Counted from the stretch's first letter, positions 12,421-25,283 are shown. The stretch: 64,000 bases of DNA from Eukaryota sp. GEM-RC1 (GCA_040285855.1 JAUFOQ010000003.1:744001-808000), one strand, 5' to 3'. Made by a program: numbers and translations. Notes: a model not told the origin generated them from the letters alone.

Positions 12421-12807
12421 TTGTGTAATATGTTTGTAGTGCTCTGTGAGAGTTTGTTTTGTCAATGATACAAGTAAAAGAACAAAAAGACTTATGAACA
12501 TAGATTCTTAGAAACATTAAACACATATAAGTTCCGATCAGAAGAACCAATAACTCAAATACAGACATATTTTCAGTATTATGAACAATAAATCAACACA
12601 TTGTTTTAGGAACTTACAGTTTGAGGAACAAAAACAGTAAGATAAATACAATAACTAGAACTCAATAGTATTGAGTCAATCCATTGTTGATAAAGCACAT
12701 GACATATTAATGTAGTGTAATGTAATATACACTTGTAAATTCTGCTAGAGTCTTACAATACATGGGACATTACGGAACAACGGTGTGGCCACTTCACCAC
12801 ATACAAG

Positions 12808-13137
12808 TAGGTACGCAACACACTGCCACACGTGTGTCACACGGATGATTACGTTTTTGCCACACTGTGTGTTTGCGTCAGAAGTTTTTGATGTATGCGT
12901 TTTATGCATGCAGTTTGACTTATAATGACAAAAGCTTATCTCTAAACTGCAAATTACCTTGTACAACCATTCCAATTAGGTTCAAAATACGAACTGTGAC
13001 TTTTGATGCCACGAATAACTTTGATTATGACTTAAAAGTCTTTTATTAAGGAATAATACTATATTTCAAAACCTATCACACGATCCGTCTGTCAGCCGAA
13101 ATAGTGAATTTGCCACACCATGTGTTTGCGTACCCTA
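12808..13137. mobile_element. Decayed hAT-type MITE
   Basis: Imperfect TIRs TAGGTACGCAACACA / TGTGTTTGCGTACCCTA; flanks CATACAAG and CATAATAG (6/8 match); internal GCCACAC repeats. Confidence 0.6.
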
Positions 13138-13461
13138 CATAATAGGGTTCCATTACAAGCAAGAAAACGTGTTTGCTTGTATTTTAGCACTTTCTATATT
13201 ACAATCAGAAATTTGCATTAAAATTTGTTTAATGACATGATCCTGTAAGTGAAAAAATGACTCTAATTTAACGAAATGTACGGTTGCAAAATCAATCTAG
13301 ACTGTTCACAACCTTTTGTCTGAATTCATAACTAGTCTGAATCAATGATTAGTCTCTTGTTGAGATAACCCATTCGGTTTAAATGACTCTTTATTTTAAT
13401 GTGTTATTTAACCACTGTTGTCTTAATGATATAAAATTTTAGTTGTTTAGGCTACTACACT

Positions 13462-13618
13462 TAGAGCTGTCAAACAGTTCGGCCCAAGCCGTAAACCGAA
13501 CGACTTGGGCCAAGTCATATCGAAATTTGGTTCGGCTTACTCAAATATCTCAAGCCAAAGCCGAACCAGTTTGGAATTATACAAGCCAAACCATTCGGCT
13601 CAAGCCGTGACAGCTCTA
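13462..13618. mobile_element. hAT-type MITE, 157 bp
   Basis: Perfect 11-bp TIR TAGAGCTGTCA/TGACAGCTCTA; 8-bp TSD ACTACACT; internal CAAGCC and TTCGG repeats. Confidence 0.92.
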
Positions 13619-13754
13619 ACTACACTTACAATATTTTACTACTTCAGAAATACATAATATTCGACCAAAAAAATCCAGTTGACAAGTGTTGGAATATCTA
13701 CATAGAGATATTACTATTGAAGAGAGAGAGAGAGGTCAGTATATCTTATCCACT

Positions 13755-14260
13755 GAGTTCAAATGGAAATGCATATGAAATGATGAAATGAAGGATCTAC
13801 TGTCTTGGCAATGTGAAATGAAATTCCACATTTTCCACTCCCATTTCCATCTGGAAGTGGAAATAGACGGAATTTCTTCAGAATATGGAAATGGAAATGG
13901 AACTATATAAACGGGTTGGTAATTACACCGACTGTACATATTAAGAATCATTAGAAAATGGTTCTAATAACCTCAGAATCATTGAATCTCTTAAGTACTT
14001 GTAGTATTTAGGTCTTTTGGTATTATAAATAGAATTTCCACCAAAGCTAAAGGAAAAACACTTTTAAATTCCATTTACAAATAAAGAATATCATAAACTT
14101 TAACATAGGAGATTCCAATACTTCTACAATTCAAACAGACGGTTGAAAATTGGAAACAAAATACCCAAACAAACAAGAGCCTCATTACATGTGGAAGTGG
14201 AAGTGGAAATGGGTCAGGAATGTGGAAATGGAAGTGAAATGGATTCCACTTTGCGAACAT
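13755..14260. repeat. Region rich in GGAAAT/GGAAGT motifs in both orientations, probably a MITE remnant
   Basis: Clusters of TGGAAATGGAA and TTCCATTTCCA at both ends; no convincing TIR or TSD. Confidence 0.4.
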
Positions 14261-14289
14261 GAAGTCTAGTCGTAAGTACTACTGAAGAA

Positions 14290-14654
14290 TTATGTTCGGT
14301 TCAACACGGTGTTGGAAAATACTGAACACGTGTTGTGTGTTGGTGCCAACACGTGTTGAATAAATTCTGAGCAGAAGAACAGAATAACTCACTTTAAAAT
14401 CAACCAACGGAACAACACTCATGTTACAGTCGAACCAAGTTGATAAATTGGAACTGATTTTCAACGATTCCAGAACTGATAACATGAAGAGCTCATCAAT
14501 AATCCATACATTTAAGTAAACTTTGGAGTAAATTTGAATTTTGTACCTGTATTCAATAGAGTTTTATCAAGAACAGTAGAAATTGACTCAGATTCATTGA
14601 AGTGACATAGAAGAATGACATAGCCAACACGTGTTGAGGTGACTCCGAACTTAG
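14290..14654. mobile_element. hAT-type MITE, 365 bp
   Basis: Imperfect TIR TTATGTTCGG / CCGAACTTAG; 8-bp TSD CTGAAGAA; subterminal palindromes CAACACGTGTTG. Confidence 0.75.
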
Positions 14655-14719
14655 CTGAAGAAGAATACTAACCCGTCAAATCTTGAAGACAAGTTTTCAA
14701 ATTAATTCTCTCCCTTTTA

Positions 14720-15367
14720 ATGGGCATTCTAGATTTTCTGAGGGGTAAACCACCTGTTGATCCTGCTGAAGAAGCCAAGGAGTGGAGAAAGAAACTCCGC
14801 TCTGAAAAGCGTGGAATTGAACGTCAAATTAGACGAATTGAAACTGAAGAGCGTCGTGTTCAAGCAAATATCAAACAGATAGCTAGGGAAGGTAGAGGCG
14901 AACAAGCTCGTATTCTTGCTAAGGAACTTGTGAGGTCCAGGAAAAGCAGAGACCGTCTTTGGTCAGCTCGTGCTCAGTTAAACTCTGTTGAAATGTCCAT
15001 AACAACCAATCTTGGTACTGCTAAAATGGCCCAGGCTATGGGTCAGTCTTCTTCCATTCTACAATCAATGTCAGACCTCGTCAAACTTCCAGAACTCAGC
15101 CAAACAATGATGGCTATGGCCAGAGAGATGGAAAAGGCTGGGGTTATTGATGAAATGGTTAACGATACCATTGACGATGCTCTAGGCGATGAAGATGAAG
15201 AATCAGAGGTTGAGGAGCATTTGGACTCGGTTCTGAGTGAGATCTTGCAGGGTGACATGCTTTCTCTTAAGGGGCCATCGTCTAAAGTTGCTCAAGGGAA
15301 AGCCGCTGAAGAGAACAATGCTGAGGATGAAGAGCTTCAGCAACGGATGCAGGCTTTAAGGGGTTAA
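14720..15367 (+). CDS. VPS24: ESCRT-III subunit Vps24/CHMP3
   Basis: KEWRKKLRSEKRGIERQIR, ARILAKELVRSRK, KLPELSQTMMAMAREMEKAGVIDEM and C-terminal LQQRMQALR. Confidence 0.93.
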   Translation: MGILDFLRGKPPVDPAEEAKEWRKKLRSEKRGIERQIRRIETEERRVQANIKQIAREGRGEQARILAKELVRSRKSRDRLWSARAQLNSVEMSITTNLGTAKMAQAMGQSSSILQSMSDLVKLPELSQTMMAMAREMEKAGVIDEMVNDTIDDALGDEDEESEVEEHLDSVLSEILQGDMLSLKGPSSKVAQGKAAEENNAEDEELQQRMQALRG

Positions 15368-15850
15368 TGTTTTTGTTTGTATATTGTGTATTACTTGATC
15401 TTTTCTATTGTAATGAGTGGGGATTTGTGTATGTTTATTTTCTATTTGATGCTCCTTTTTAGTAAAAGATAAAATGCATTGAACTATTTGTCGACGTGTT
15501 GTTTTGGATTGGTACTTTGATTATTATTAGACCAATATGAATACTAGTACAACTTGGAGTGTAACTGTAAACAAAAACTCCTTTCATCGACATCCTTTCC
15601 AGAATGAAAACATTTAAATGACGTGATAAAGGTCTTTTATATGGTTTACACGCACTGCAAATCTCCTATTTATTATTGATTTTTATCACGAAATGAATAT
15701 ACGAACACCCATCACTGTCAAATCTTACCACCGTTTAGTCCTCATTAGAGCAATTCACTGCTAATAAAGCTTTAGAGGATAGGGTAATTGATTGGTCTTT
15801 GTTCTTGGAGATTGGCTAACTTTCAAAGAACAGAAAATCTTTCCACTCCA

Positions 15851-16809
15851 ATGACAACCAATTTGTTGGAGTCCATCTATGACAAAACCCTTCCTCTTGT
15901 TGACTTAAGCAAAGGTCTTCTTCTTCATATTGCACAACTTGCTGACCCTGAGAATGCTGATACCACTCTTGCATTGGAGCCTACTGAAGCACTCCAACTT
16001 GCCAAGATCTTCTCTCGTGATCTTGAACAGGTAACTGCATTAGTTGAATCCGGTCTTTCCTCTTCCCTAGAAGAGAAGTCGGAAGAATCCCCTTCTACTA
16101 AACCAATCCCTACTGACATTCCTACAGTCTCTTCAACTCCTCTTCGTGACGAATCTGATGAATTACGACAAAAGCTATCCACACTAAAACTTACTGAGCA
16201 AAAACAACAAGTTCAGATTGAATTACTAGCCTCTAAATGTGCTGCTCAAGAAGACCAAATACAAGAACTAACTGGTAAGCTCCACGTGGCACTGGACCAA
16301 GCCAGAGTCTGGGATTCCCTTCATTCTTCATCTGACTCTCCCAGAAACTCTCTTAGAGCTGCCTATGCAGTCCTAGAGAGAACACATGAAGAGACGGGCA
16401 TCCTGGAACAACGCCATAAGGAAGAAATCGCTCAGTTGTTGAATGATGTAGATCAGAGAATTATGTCTGTGAATGAAGCTGCAATGAAGAGGGAAGATGC
16501 TCTTGTTGATGAGATCCAACGACTGGATGAGAAGCTACGATCAATGAAAGAAAAGGTTGCTGATATGAGACGTCAAAAGATGGAAGCTCAGAGAGATTTA
16601 ACTGCTGAAAAGAGGCTACGGGAGGCCGCGTTGTTGGATAAGGACAAGGAATATCGTACTTTGATTAAGAATTTGAAACTGCTAATTCTCAACTGGCATT
16701 GGAGAATGAGAGGATATTGATTGGAAGAGGATCTAGGTTGAATACTTCTAGAAGAAGTCCTGGTCTTCGGTCTCCAATAACTCCTAGGAATGCTTCTAGG
16801 AATTTGTAG
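15851..16809 (+). CDS. Coiled-coil hypothetical protein (probable frameshift near 16680)
   Basis: Long ORF with heptad-rich E/K/L/Q composition; an alternative frame continues to a stop at 16809. Confidence 0.6.
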
Positions 16810-16829
16810 ATTAATAAAAAGCAATAAAA

Positions 16830-17580
16830 GTAGAGACTTCGTTTAGGTTTTTGGCCATTTGGTTTGTTACAGAACAGCACGTGTATCTGTAAAAACAAAC
16901 ATAAGGCTAGCTTTCATCATTTGGTCAATTGTTCAAAGTTCATATATTGTCGTTCAATTTTGCACAACAGTCTTCGAGATACATGTTTGGAAATGTTTAA
17001 GGCAAATGGTTTCCATGGCAAAGTCGAACCATTACTTTCTCATCTTTCAGATCACCCTGATTCTACTCAGAAACGTGGTGATTTTATTGGCCCTTGGTTG
17101 TCATGCCAAGAAATTGTTGTTGATTTTACGACCGTTGATCCTTGCAAAGCTTCAGCTATTGCCAACATTTTGAATCCCTCAAATGATCCGCTGAAAGACG
17201 CTGAGAACGCCAAAGTGTCTAAGTATGGACATCAAGTTGCTGCATTGAATTCACGAAGACACAATAATATCGTCTTTCAGCCTTTTGCAGTTTCATTGTA
17301 CGGAAATTTCGGTTCTTCTACCAAGGAGTTTTTAAGTTTATTTGAAAATTTGTGTTCAGAACTTGGCAAGAAGTTTAACAGATCGTACTGGAAGAGTAAA
17401 TTTGCTTTTTCGATTTTTAGGTCTATGTATAGATATGTTGATTCCATTTTGTCCAAGTTGTTTGGAGGCAACTACTTTTCGGAATTAGGTAGTTCGTTTG
17501 ATAATTTGTTTTAATAGTGTTTATCTATTTGTACTTAACTTATTATGTGTTTTTCTTGTGTTTTTCCGCACATAAATCCG
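16830..17580 (+). mobile_element. 5'-truncated RLE-clade non-LTR retrotransposon (zinc knuckle + restriction-like endonuclease)
   Basis: CxC..H...C knuckle, RSILHNSLRD, EP, RGD..DFTTVDP, AENAKVSKY, FQPFAVSLYG: the C-terminal architecture of RLE non-LTR ORFs. Confidence 0.85.
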
Positions 17581-17783
17581 TTTTTTTTTATAAAAGTAGT
17601 TTAGAGTTATTACATGTGTATCAACTATATTGTTTATTGAAATGTGGAGTCAACAGTATTGATTCCGCTATCAATCCTTTCTGATTTTTGAAAATTTAAA
17701 TTGGTTGATAGGCTATATCGAATTTTTGCAATTTCGAAATTGTAGACCTTACAAAATCTCCAAGAAATCTTTTCTGTTACCCA

Positions 17784-18146
17784 ATGTCACTGAAACACTT
17801 ACTAGACTCCTGCGACTACCTCGCTATTCAAGAGTCCTGGAATCAATCTGATGATTTGAAGAGAAAGAGCATTCTTCTACACGCAGAACAATTCTCAGCC
17901 TTACAACATGCAGTTAAACAGAAACAGTATCAGTGTGTACGAGTTCTCTTGAACATCGGTTATTATCCAAATCACCAGGACATGTTTGGTAAAACAGCGT
18001 TATCATATGCGATCTCCAACAACTTAATCGCCATAACATCACTACTTTTGGACAACGGTGCAGATCTAGACGAAGAAGAAGACCTTGATGGTGTCAAAAA
18101 CGACGCAACAAAAGTAATCGCAATATATCAAAAAACAACAGACTAA
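17784..18146 (+). CDS. Small ankyrin-repeat protein
   Basis: SALQHAV...CVRVLLNIG..PNHQDMFGKTALSYA...LLLDNGAD. Confidence 0.85.
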   Translation: MSLKHLLDSCDYLAIQESWNQSDDLKRKSILLHAEQFSALQHAVKQKQYQCVRVLLNIGYYPNHQDMFGKTALSYAISNNLIAITSLLLDNGADLDEEEDLDGVKNDATKVIAIYQKTTD

Positions 18147-18187
18147 AACTAAATTTACAAACAAACTAAACTAAAACCACCACTACA

Positions 18188-20676
18188 CTATGTTTTCTTC
18201 CCCGACGTCAATACAACAGTCTTTAGATTCCCAGAAGGAGAACTCGGATCCAATGAATGAGAGGACGTCTGTACTGATAATTCGATCTTAGGTCTATTGG
18301 ATCCAAAAGAATCATCAGAAACAGAAACCCAAAACTGTCGGTTATTGGCAACTAGCTGTTTAAAAGAGCTCACAGTCGAATCAGGCATTAACTGGTATAA
18401 CTGCTCATATAGCGGTGACACTAGAAAATCAATAAAACCAACTTGACATTTAGATTCCTGTGGATGTTGTCGATCATAGAATGCAGAAATCGGAAGTCCT
18501 AGCGCTCTCTCCCGGTCTCCTTGTCTGTAGAACTCCTCCATGGCACGCAGACTCCAGGTATAAGCCAATTCATGTTGTCTATAGGGATTACTTATATCAG
18601 CACATTTAATGACGATAAAAGCTAACAGTTTTCGTGATGAATCATCGAGATCGGTTTCAGATTCGGTATCCAGACTATTCACCATCAATTTAAAGGACGA
18701 TAGTACTTCCATATGTTTCTGTAGATCGGTGGCTAGCACTATATCAATAACTAACTGTCGCAACTTCATTCTATCATCTTTTCCATTGAATTTAAGAAGT
18801 TAGTCTCTGGATTCGAAGCTAAAATCATAAACACTGATGAGACGTGATGGTTTTCCAATGGGGAACTGTCGTTATAAATTAAAGTGAGTTCGTGCTCAGT
18901 TTCTCTAATAAAGTTGTTGTTAATACCTGGGTGACCGTGATCATGGACAACTGTTGCTAGTACCAAGGCTAAAATCTCTACAGGATCAAAGTACTTCTCT
19001 AGTTCAGCTACTTTGAGGAAGTAGAAGACTGCATGAAGGACATCTGCAGCGTGGAGAGAGTTATGGTAAGGGTTGGGAGGATATCCACGCTCAACTTTAA
19101 CAAGAAAAGCTATCAGTTCGGCTTCAGAAACTGAAAATTTGTTAACTAATTCAAATTCGTTAATAACACATAGAGCAACACTAGTAAGGTGATACCCTTT
19201 AGTAATCTCTGGTAAAGAGAAAATGTTAAACTCCCAATTATAAAGCTGTGAAGCAATTTCAGAACATCCAAAGAATAGCCAGGCATCTGAAAAAGTAGTG
19301 GGAAGAGACTTGATTTTAGCAGGAATTGGGGGTGGAAGTGTTAGAGATCGTCTAGAACCTGAAGACATTGAATTCTTACTAACTTTTGACAAATCAGCAA
19401 AAGTTTCAGCTGATGAAGGTCTGGTTACTGAATTTAAATTGTGGAAAAAAGACAACTTTCTATTTGACAACACCGCAGTATCAGGAGGTTCATTCCCACG
19501 TTCTACAGGATGATTAAGAACCAAAGGACCCGAACTTCCCACCATCCCCTTAACAATCTGTCCTAGTCTAGACTTAGGAGTCCTTGGTCTCTCAGGATGA
19601 TGATCTTCTTCCAAGTCAGAGGCAAAACTAGTGACTGAGAGTATACTACGACGGCGTTGAGCCGTGTCTTTAAGGTGTTTTCTCTTGACATTCTGAGAGG
19701 AACTGTCGAGAGTATCTGAAATCCAAGCAGAAGTCTCAGCAGAGATGTTTGATTGACTTGATGACCTAATGAGTGGTTTGAACAGGGACCCCCGTGCAAC
19801 CTGGGATAGGTTGTACAACATGTGATCAGCCTTTTCCCTTAGAAACAAGGGAACTCTAGAATCCACCTGCAGTTCTTTAATGTCAGCCAAGAGGAGTTCC
19901 AGGGGAGTACCGATCTGAGGCGTGGGCTCTTGGTGGACTTGTTGTTCTAGGACTTTGATCTTGTGGACTAACTTAGCATTGCGATGGTGAAGTTGAACAA
20001 GGTTGCGGGTGCGTTTTTCAATAGTACTGGAGTAGACTCGGACGAAGTTAGCCAGTCTGTTGAAGAGAAAGCCAATAAAGAAGATGCCAATGGAGGTGGG
20101 GAAAACTTGGTTGTATTCAATCTGAGGTTCTAGAACAGCGCCAAAGTAGGGATGAGAGTGATCGAGGGAGGTATCGATGTAGAAGCGGTGCATGAAAGCG
20201 GTACTGAGAACATAGAGAAGGATCTGGAAACCGGTTACAGAGAGAATAAGACGTGGAAGTTCAGGATCACCAGACTGAGAATATACTAGGAAGATTCCGG
20301 CAGTGTAGATTAGGGCTACGAATTGATGAGCTTCTCGGGAAATTATGACGGTCAGAGGGAAAAGAATGAGTGAGTGAGCATAAAGCATAAATGAAGGATA
20401 TTGTGTCTTTCGTGCACGTATGGTATCTACGTTGATGATGAGAATTACTAGAAAAACGTAAGGTACCATGGCAGTGAAACGGATTTGAGGAGCAAGATCT
20501 ACCTTTTCCGCAAACAGGAAAAACATGGTTACAAGGGCGTGGAAGAAGGAGAGTTCGATTGTGAGAGAAGCAGGTCTGATGGGAGAGCGATACACTGGAT
20601 CTTTCTTATCACCCACAAACTTGACACTACCAAACAACTCGCTTGAGCAACGCTGCAAGCCTGAGGAGGAGGACAT
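18188..20676 (-). CDS. Class I cyclic nucleotide phosphodiesterase with N-terminal multi-TM region (frameshift near 18790)
   Basis: YHNSLHAADV, HDHGHPGINN, LENHH, then LATDLQKH, KCADISNP, EEFYRQGD and QVGFIDF in the next ORF. Confidence 0.92.
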
Positions 20677-20774
20677 GAGCTTTGGTGATGCACTCACTTT
20701 TTGTGAGATTGGAATTTACAAGTAGTTCTGTTTTTTGTATTCTACTTTGTGAGTGGCAGTTGTGTGTAATAGTA

Positions 20775-20865
20775 CAGACTACTCTCTGAATTGTGACACC
20801 CCTACGGTAGTCACTATATAGAGGGTGTCACTATTCAGAAATGTCACTATTCAGAGGGTAGACTG
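20775..20865. mobile_element. Tc1/mariner (pogo-like) mini-MITE, 91 bp
   Basis: TA flanks and a 23-bp imperfect TIR CAGACTACTCTCTGAATTGTGAC / GTCACTATTCAGAGGGTAGACTG. Confidence 0.8.
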
Positions 20866-21180
20866 TACAATATTATAAACAAGATTTATTACATACGGAC
20901 AAAAATACGGACTTTTAGATCAAAATCACATCTTAATTTACAATTATATAGTATATAATTGTAAATCAAGGGTGTTTTCCATGGTCAGTTCTGGTTTTTC
21001 AGGAAATGTACCACAGCTTATTGTAAACATTTGTAAAACAAGGAACAACATTATTCAAAAATCCGACAGTGGTTTCCGCAACACAAATACGATTTATCTC
21101 AGCCGGTGAATCAAAGTCATCCATAACTGAGAACATATATAGAGAATACAACCAGTATGTCCGAAATTGTCCAAAAAAAT

Positions 21181-21783
21181 CTACACGTCAGCAAATAATG
21201 GCTCAATACGTTTGAATACGATTTCAATGTCATCGTCAGAACGTACACAACGAAGTTTTCCAATTTCTTCAAAGTGTTCTACAACAGGCCGTGTCGCTGC
21301 TTTGAAAACTTGGAAGCGCTTAATGATGGAATCAACATTGTCATCAACTCTTCCAGAAGTTTGCCCACGTTCTAAAAAGACGAGTTCTGAGAACATCTTC
21401 AGGACAATCTAAATAGAGGCAGAATAGAAAAGGGCCCATACTACGTTCAAAAGCTTCTAACTGATCAAGTGCTCGGGGAAAGCTAAGATAAAGAGAAGAG
21501 AGGAGACAAACCCGTCTATAAGAAAGGTTGCAGAAGGATCTTTCTCCATCTCTTTGCGTAGTAACTCGACAGTTATTTCATGAGGTACTATCAAGCCTTC
21601 TTTGATCATATTGTCAATCAGAGTTCCGTGCGGAGAGCCCGAATTCACTTCACGACGAAGAAGATCTCCGGCACTAATGTGTCTAATTCCGAGACGTTCA
21701 TGCAATAACTTCGACTGAGTCCCCTTACCAGCTCCAGGGCCACCTAGAAGGGAGATTGCTTTAAATAGAGGCTTAAGTTGCAT
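21181..21783 (-). CDS. UMP-CMP kinase (adenylate kinase family); 29-nt intron at 21483-21511 and frameshift near 21375
   Basis: LGGPGAGKGTQ, HISAGDLLRRE; splicing restores LIDGFPR; GRVDDN in the downstream frame. Confidence 0.9.
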
Positions 21784-21907
21784 TGAAGTCTGGAAGGGAA
21801 GGGGTGTTGAATTTAGAAAATCTCGACACTTGTCATGAATCAAATATCTTGTCTTGTCTTGTCTTGACACCATGAATAAGCAAGGTATCTCAAATAAGAA
21901 CATCTAA

Positions 21908-22234
21908 ATGTTCCAATTCAAGCTCCAGCCAAGGGATAGTATCGAACGTCTTAAGGTGAACTCCGTCGCTTGTCCGTACAGAATTCCGCTAATTGCTCTT
22001 GAAATAAGTACCATCACAAATCACACAGGACCAGGGTTTTGTTCTCTTACGGCAACAGACGGTCATTCAAACATCACAATCCGTTGTTTTTCAACTTCGG
22101 CATTTCTGATTCAGACCATGTTGTATTCTGGTTGTAAATTTTCCATCAAGAACTTTATTGTTTCCTACAATTTTATGGCTCGAACCAAACTGATTACTCT
22201 AACTCCTAACTCTGAACTAAAACTGTTGAAATAA
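21908..22234 (+). CDS. Small hypothetical protein, possibly OB-fold
   Basis: 108-aa ORF with a beta-rich pattern (SLTATDGHSNITIRCF...KFSIKNFIV); the fold is a guess. Confidence 0.45.
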   Translation: MFQFKLQPRDSIERLKVNSVACPYRIPLIALEISTITNHTGPGFCSLTATDGHSNITIRCFSTSAFLIQTMLYSGCKFSIKNFIVSYNFMARTKLITLTPNSELKLLK

Positions 22235-22294
22235 ACTGTATACTACAAATAAATAATCTACATAAACAAGTGACACTGATAATAATGCAAACAA

Positions 22295-23067
22295 TCACCT
22301 CAATCTAGATATGAGCTCAATCAAATCATTGTTAAGTGATACCACTTTGTTTTCATTAAGAGTACGCTGAGTGACAAAGTTCTCAGACAATCCTGGCGTA
22401 TTATAATCAATTAGAGGAGCATCAGACCGTGTAGGATCTGAAAGCAACGACTGTATCTTGTGGGGATTATTCTTGATAAACTGAGTAATCTCATGTGCCC
22501 AGTGACAGGCGTTAGCTTTGAGTTCATTAGACTGCATGTGAAAGAGATCCATTTGATGGAGAAGTTCTTTTCTCCATCTTGATGAAAGAAAAGACCAGCA
22601 AAGAGAGAACCTCGAGGAAATTGACCAAAGGGAGGTCTTGGAGGTGAAGCGTGTAGACTTGATTTTGTGTCTTTGATTGTCCATTTAGGAGCATGTTCGA
22701 CAGGAAAATCAGACTCAGATTCTGACGGACAGAAAGATAAGTCATCTGAATGATTACGAGTGAGATTGGACTGGGACTGTGAAGCAGGAACGATGTCTGG
22801 TGGTAATTCATGGCAAAATTGATCAAAGTCTGTTTGGGTCAGAAATTCTAAAGAATATACAGCAAAATTACATGTGAGCTGCAAAGTCAATGGGAGATTA
22901 ATCTGACAAGATGTATCTGATAATGGCAGGGAAAAGACTGTGAAACCAGAATCAGAAATGATGATATTGGAGTGTGATAGAGATACTTGAAAGACAGATT
23001 CTTCTAGGCAAAGAGGAATAAGAGATCTACTTTCTGCATCTTGAATTAAGACCCGCACATCGAACAT
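22295..23067 (-). CDS. Hypothetical protein (two overlapping ORFs, probable frameshift near 22520)
   Basis: Continuous coding-like sequence; no family recognised. Confidence 0.5.
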
Positions 23068-23139
23068 TGGGATTGAGGAAGAAAAGAGGAAACAACTGAC
23101 TAGGAAGATGAATGAAAATGGTCATCAGGTAGACAACTA

Positions 23140-23968
23140 CACCCAGCGACAATAATTAGTCTCAATTGACATTTAGTCTCACTTCACATTTAGTCTCAGT
23201 GAGACTATTAATGGTAATCAATTTTCCAAATACGTCCGGAAATGATGTACAGTTTAAGTACGTTGACAGATTTGGGAACAATAAAAGTCATTTTATCTAT
23301 GTGTAAGTAACAGAGAAAGAGAATAAACGCTCCACTTTGTATTAATGTTCAATATTATATCCATTTTACTGTTCACAAATTGGACGCAAACATGACATTT
23401 TCATGAGAATCAACTCTCTCTTGATTTGAAGAGAGTTATCAAAAGAATAGACTTTACTTCAATGGAGGAGATCCTTGGTTAGAATGTGAGGAAAGTGAGA
23501 ATCCAGATAGTATGGAGGTCTCTACTTGACATCATAAGTGTAGTATCATAACATTTCATTTTTGAAAATTGTATACATTTTTTATGAATTTGAATTTCAA
23601 ATTCATAAGTAGTAGCATATATATTCTGTGTTGTAATAAATCGATTGGTTCTACTTCCACTCATATGACAATTTTCCCTATTTCTTATCATTGTCCCCGG
23701 TGTTTCCAGGACAACGAAATTATAGAAAGAAGATGATGTATACTGTAGAAATAAAACCAATCACTTTATTGGTCCTAATATGTATGTTTGTAAGAATATA
23801 CTTGTGCGACTAATTATCAACTTTCACAATTAGTCTCAGTGAGACCAATTGTCCTCTACTACATATAGTGTCACTTCGTATTTAGTCTCAGTGAGACTAT
23901 TAATGGTTTTGGAACAAAAAAAAGAGCCTCGTATTTAGTCTCAGTGAGACCAATTATTGTCGCCGGTG
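23140..23968. mobile_element. Tc1/mariner-type non-autonomous element, 829 bp
   Basis: TA flanks; TIR CACCCAGCGACAATAATTAGTCTCA / TGAGACCAATTATTGTCGCCGGTG; several subterminal TAGTCTCAGTGAGAC near-palindromes. Confidence 0.88.
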
Positions 23969-24944
23969 TAGAATAATTTTGGCAATGTGTGACCAACAAA
24001 TTCACACGAAAAGGGTTGCGTTTATCCACACAAAATCACATTATTAGCCTCCAAATGTTTGCGGCAAAAAGTACATTTCGCCATTGTTTTTAGGACCTCA
24101 ACTTCTGACATCTCTGCAGCAAATTTTTAATTCTTAATGTTTATGAATAGAACAATCAGCTACAATTAATGGCTCTTTCTTGGTAATCCTGCAGAAAACC
24201 ACCAACATTTGTTTGTCATCAAAATTAGACGACAAATTGGTCAGTTCAGATATAATGCTCTCCCTACAGATGCCATTTAATGTGATACAAAGACATGTTC
24301 ATAAAATTGTACTATTGTTGTTGTTGATGTGGTGGCTTTGGCAGGGTTGTCTAAAAAACAATTTCATCGTTAATTATTTTTAATATTGGTTCCACAGAAT
24401 ACCGTAAATTTAGAATTATGGAAATTAAACTACGGAGCTTGACCATTACGGAGTTAATTTACGGAACACATACTAGTACTAGTATATTGTATGTATTGCG
24501 TATGTTTCCAATAAAATCATGCATGTTGAAAGGCTCTTGTTTCGCTCAAAAGAACAATCTGATGACGAATGTTCTATGTCTTCCACCACACTTGAAAAGC
24601 AGCCTGTTTTTTGTTGTACAACAGACACTGTTGGGGTATTGATTGTCCATCATAATGACGATTCTAAAAAAGAACAATCTACATCAAATGTCGATCTAGA
24701 ATCTGATTAACATCTTCATACACTCTGCTGTTGTGCACATTTTTCTCTTTAGTTGTAGTCATCCGTATACTTCATCACAGTATTCTTCTGAGTAATTGCT
24801 TCTGTGGTTTTTGCAATTAAGGAGACACATTAGATATACGTATCACATTATTTCATCCGCTTCGCTTTGGATTGATTACGGAAATTAATTTACGGTTATG
24901 ATTAATTAAAATTAATTTATGGTTCAGTTCGTAGACAGCCCTGG

Positions 24945-25065
24945 TCTGTGGATGTTTGCAAAAATACATCCTCAAAGAAAGCTTACTCTGAAACTTCCCC
25001 TTCAGACATTTCTGAACAAGCGAAACAGGATAAGTACAACAAACCATTGATGGCTTTAAAATAGT
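24945..25065 (+). mobile_element. Internal fragment of the RLE non-LTR family
   Basis: Translates as VDVCKNTSSKKAYSETSPSDISEQAKQDKYNKPL, homologous to 53876-54238 and to 45300-45430 (minus strand). Confidence 0.7.
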
Positions 25066-25283
25066 ATTTACATGTCTAGCAGGCTCTAACTAAACAAGAT
25101 TTTGCCTGTAATACAGTAAATGTAATGGTTGAACCATATCATGATCTGACTAGTGCAAACAATGCTGACGTCATCGTGTAGCATTATGTGAAATCTGATC
25201 AATGACTGGAACCCATCAAATCACTATGATTTACACAAATCTAACCAATAGGTTTATTTAATTCTACATAATACAGTATTCTA

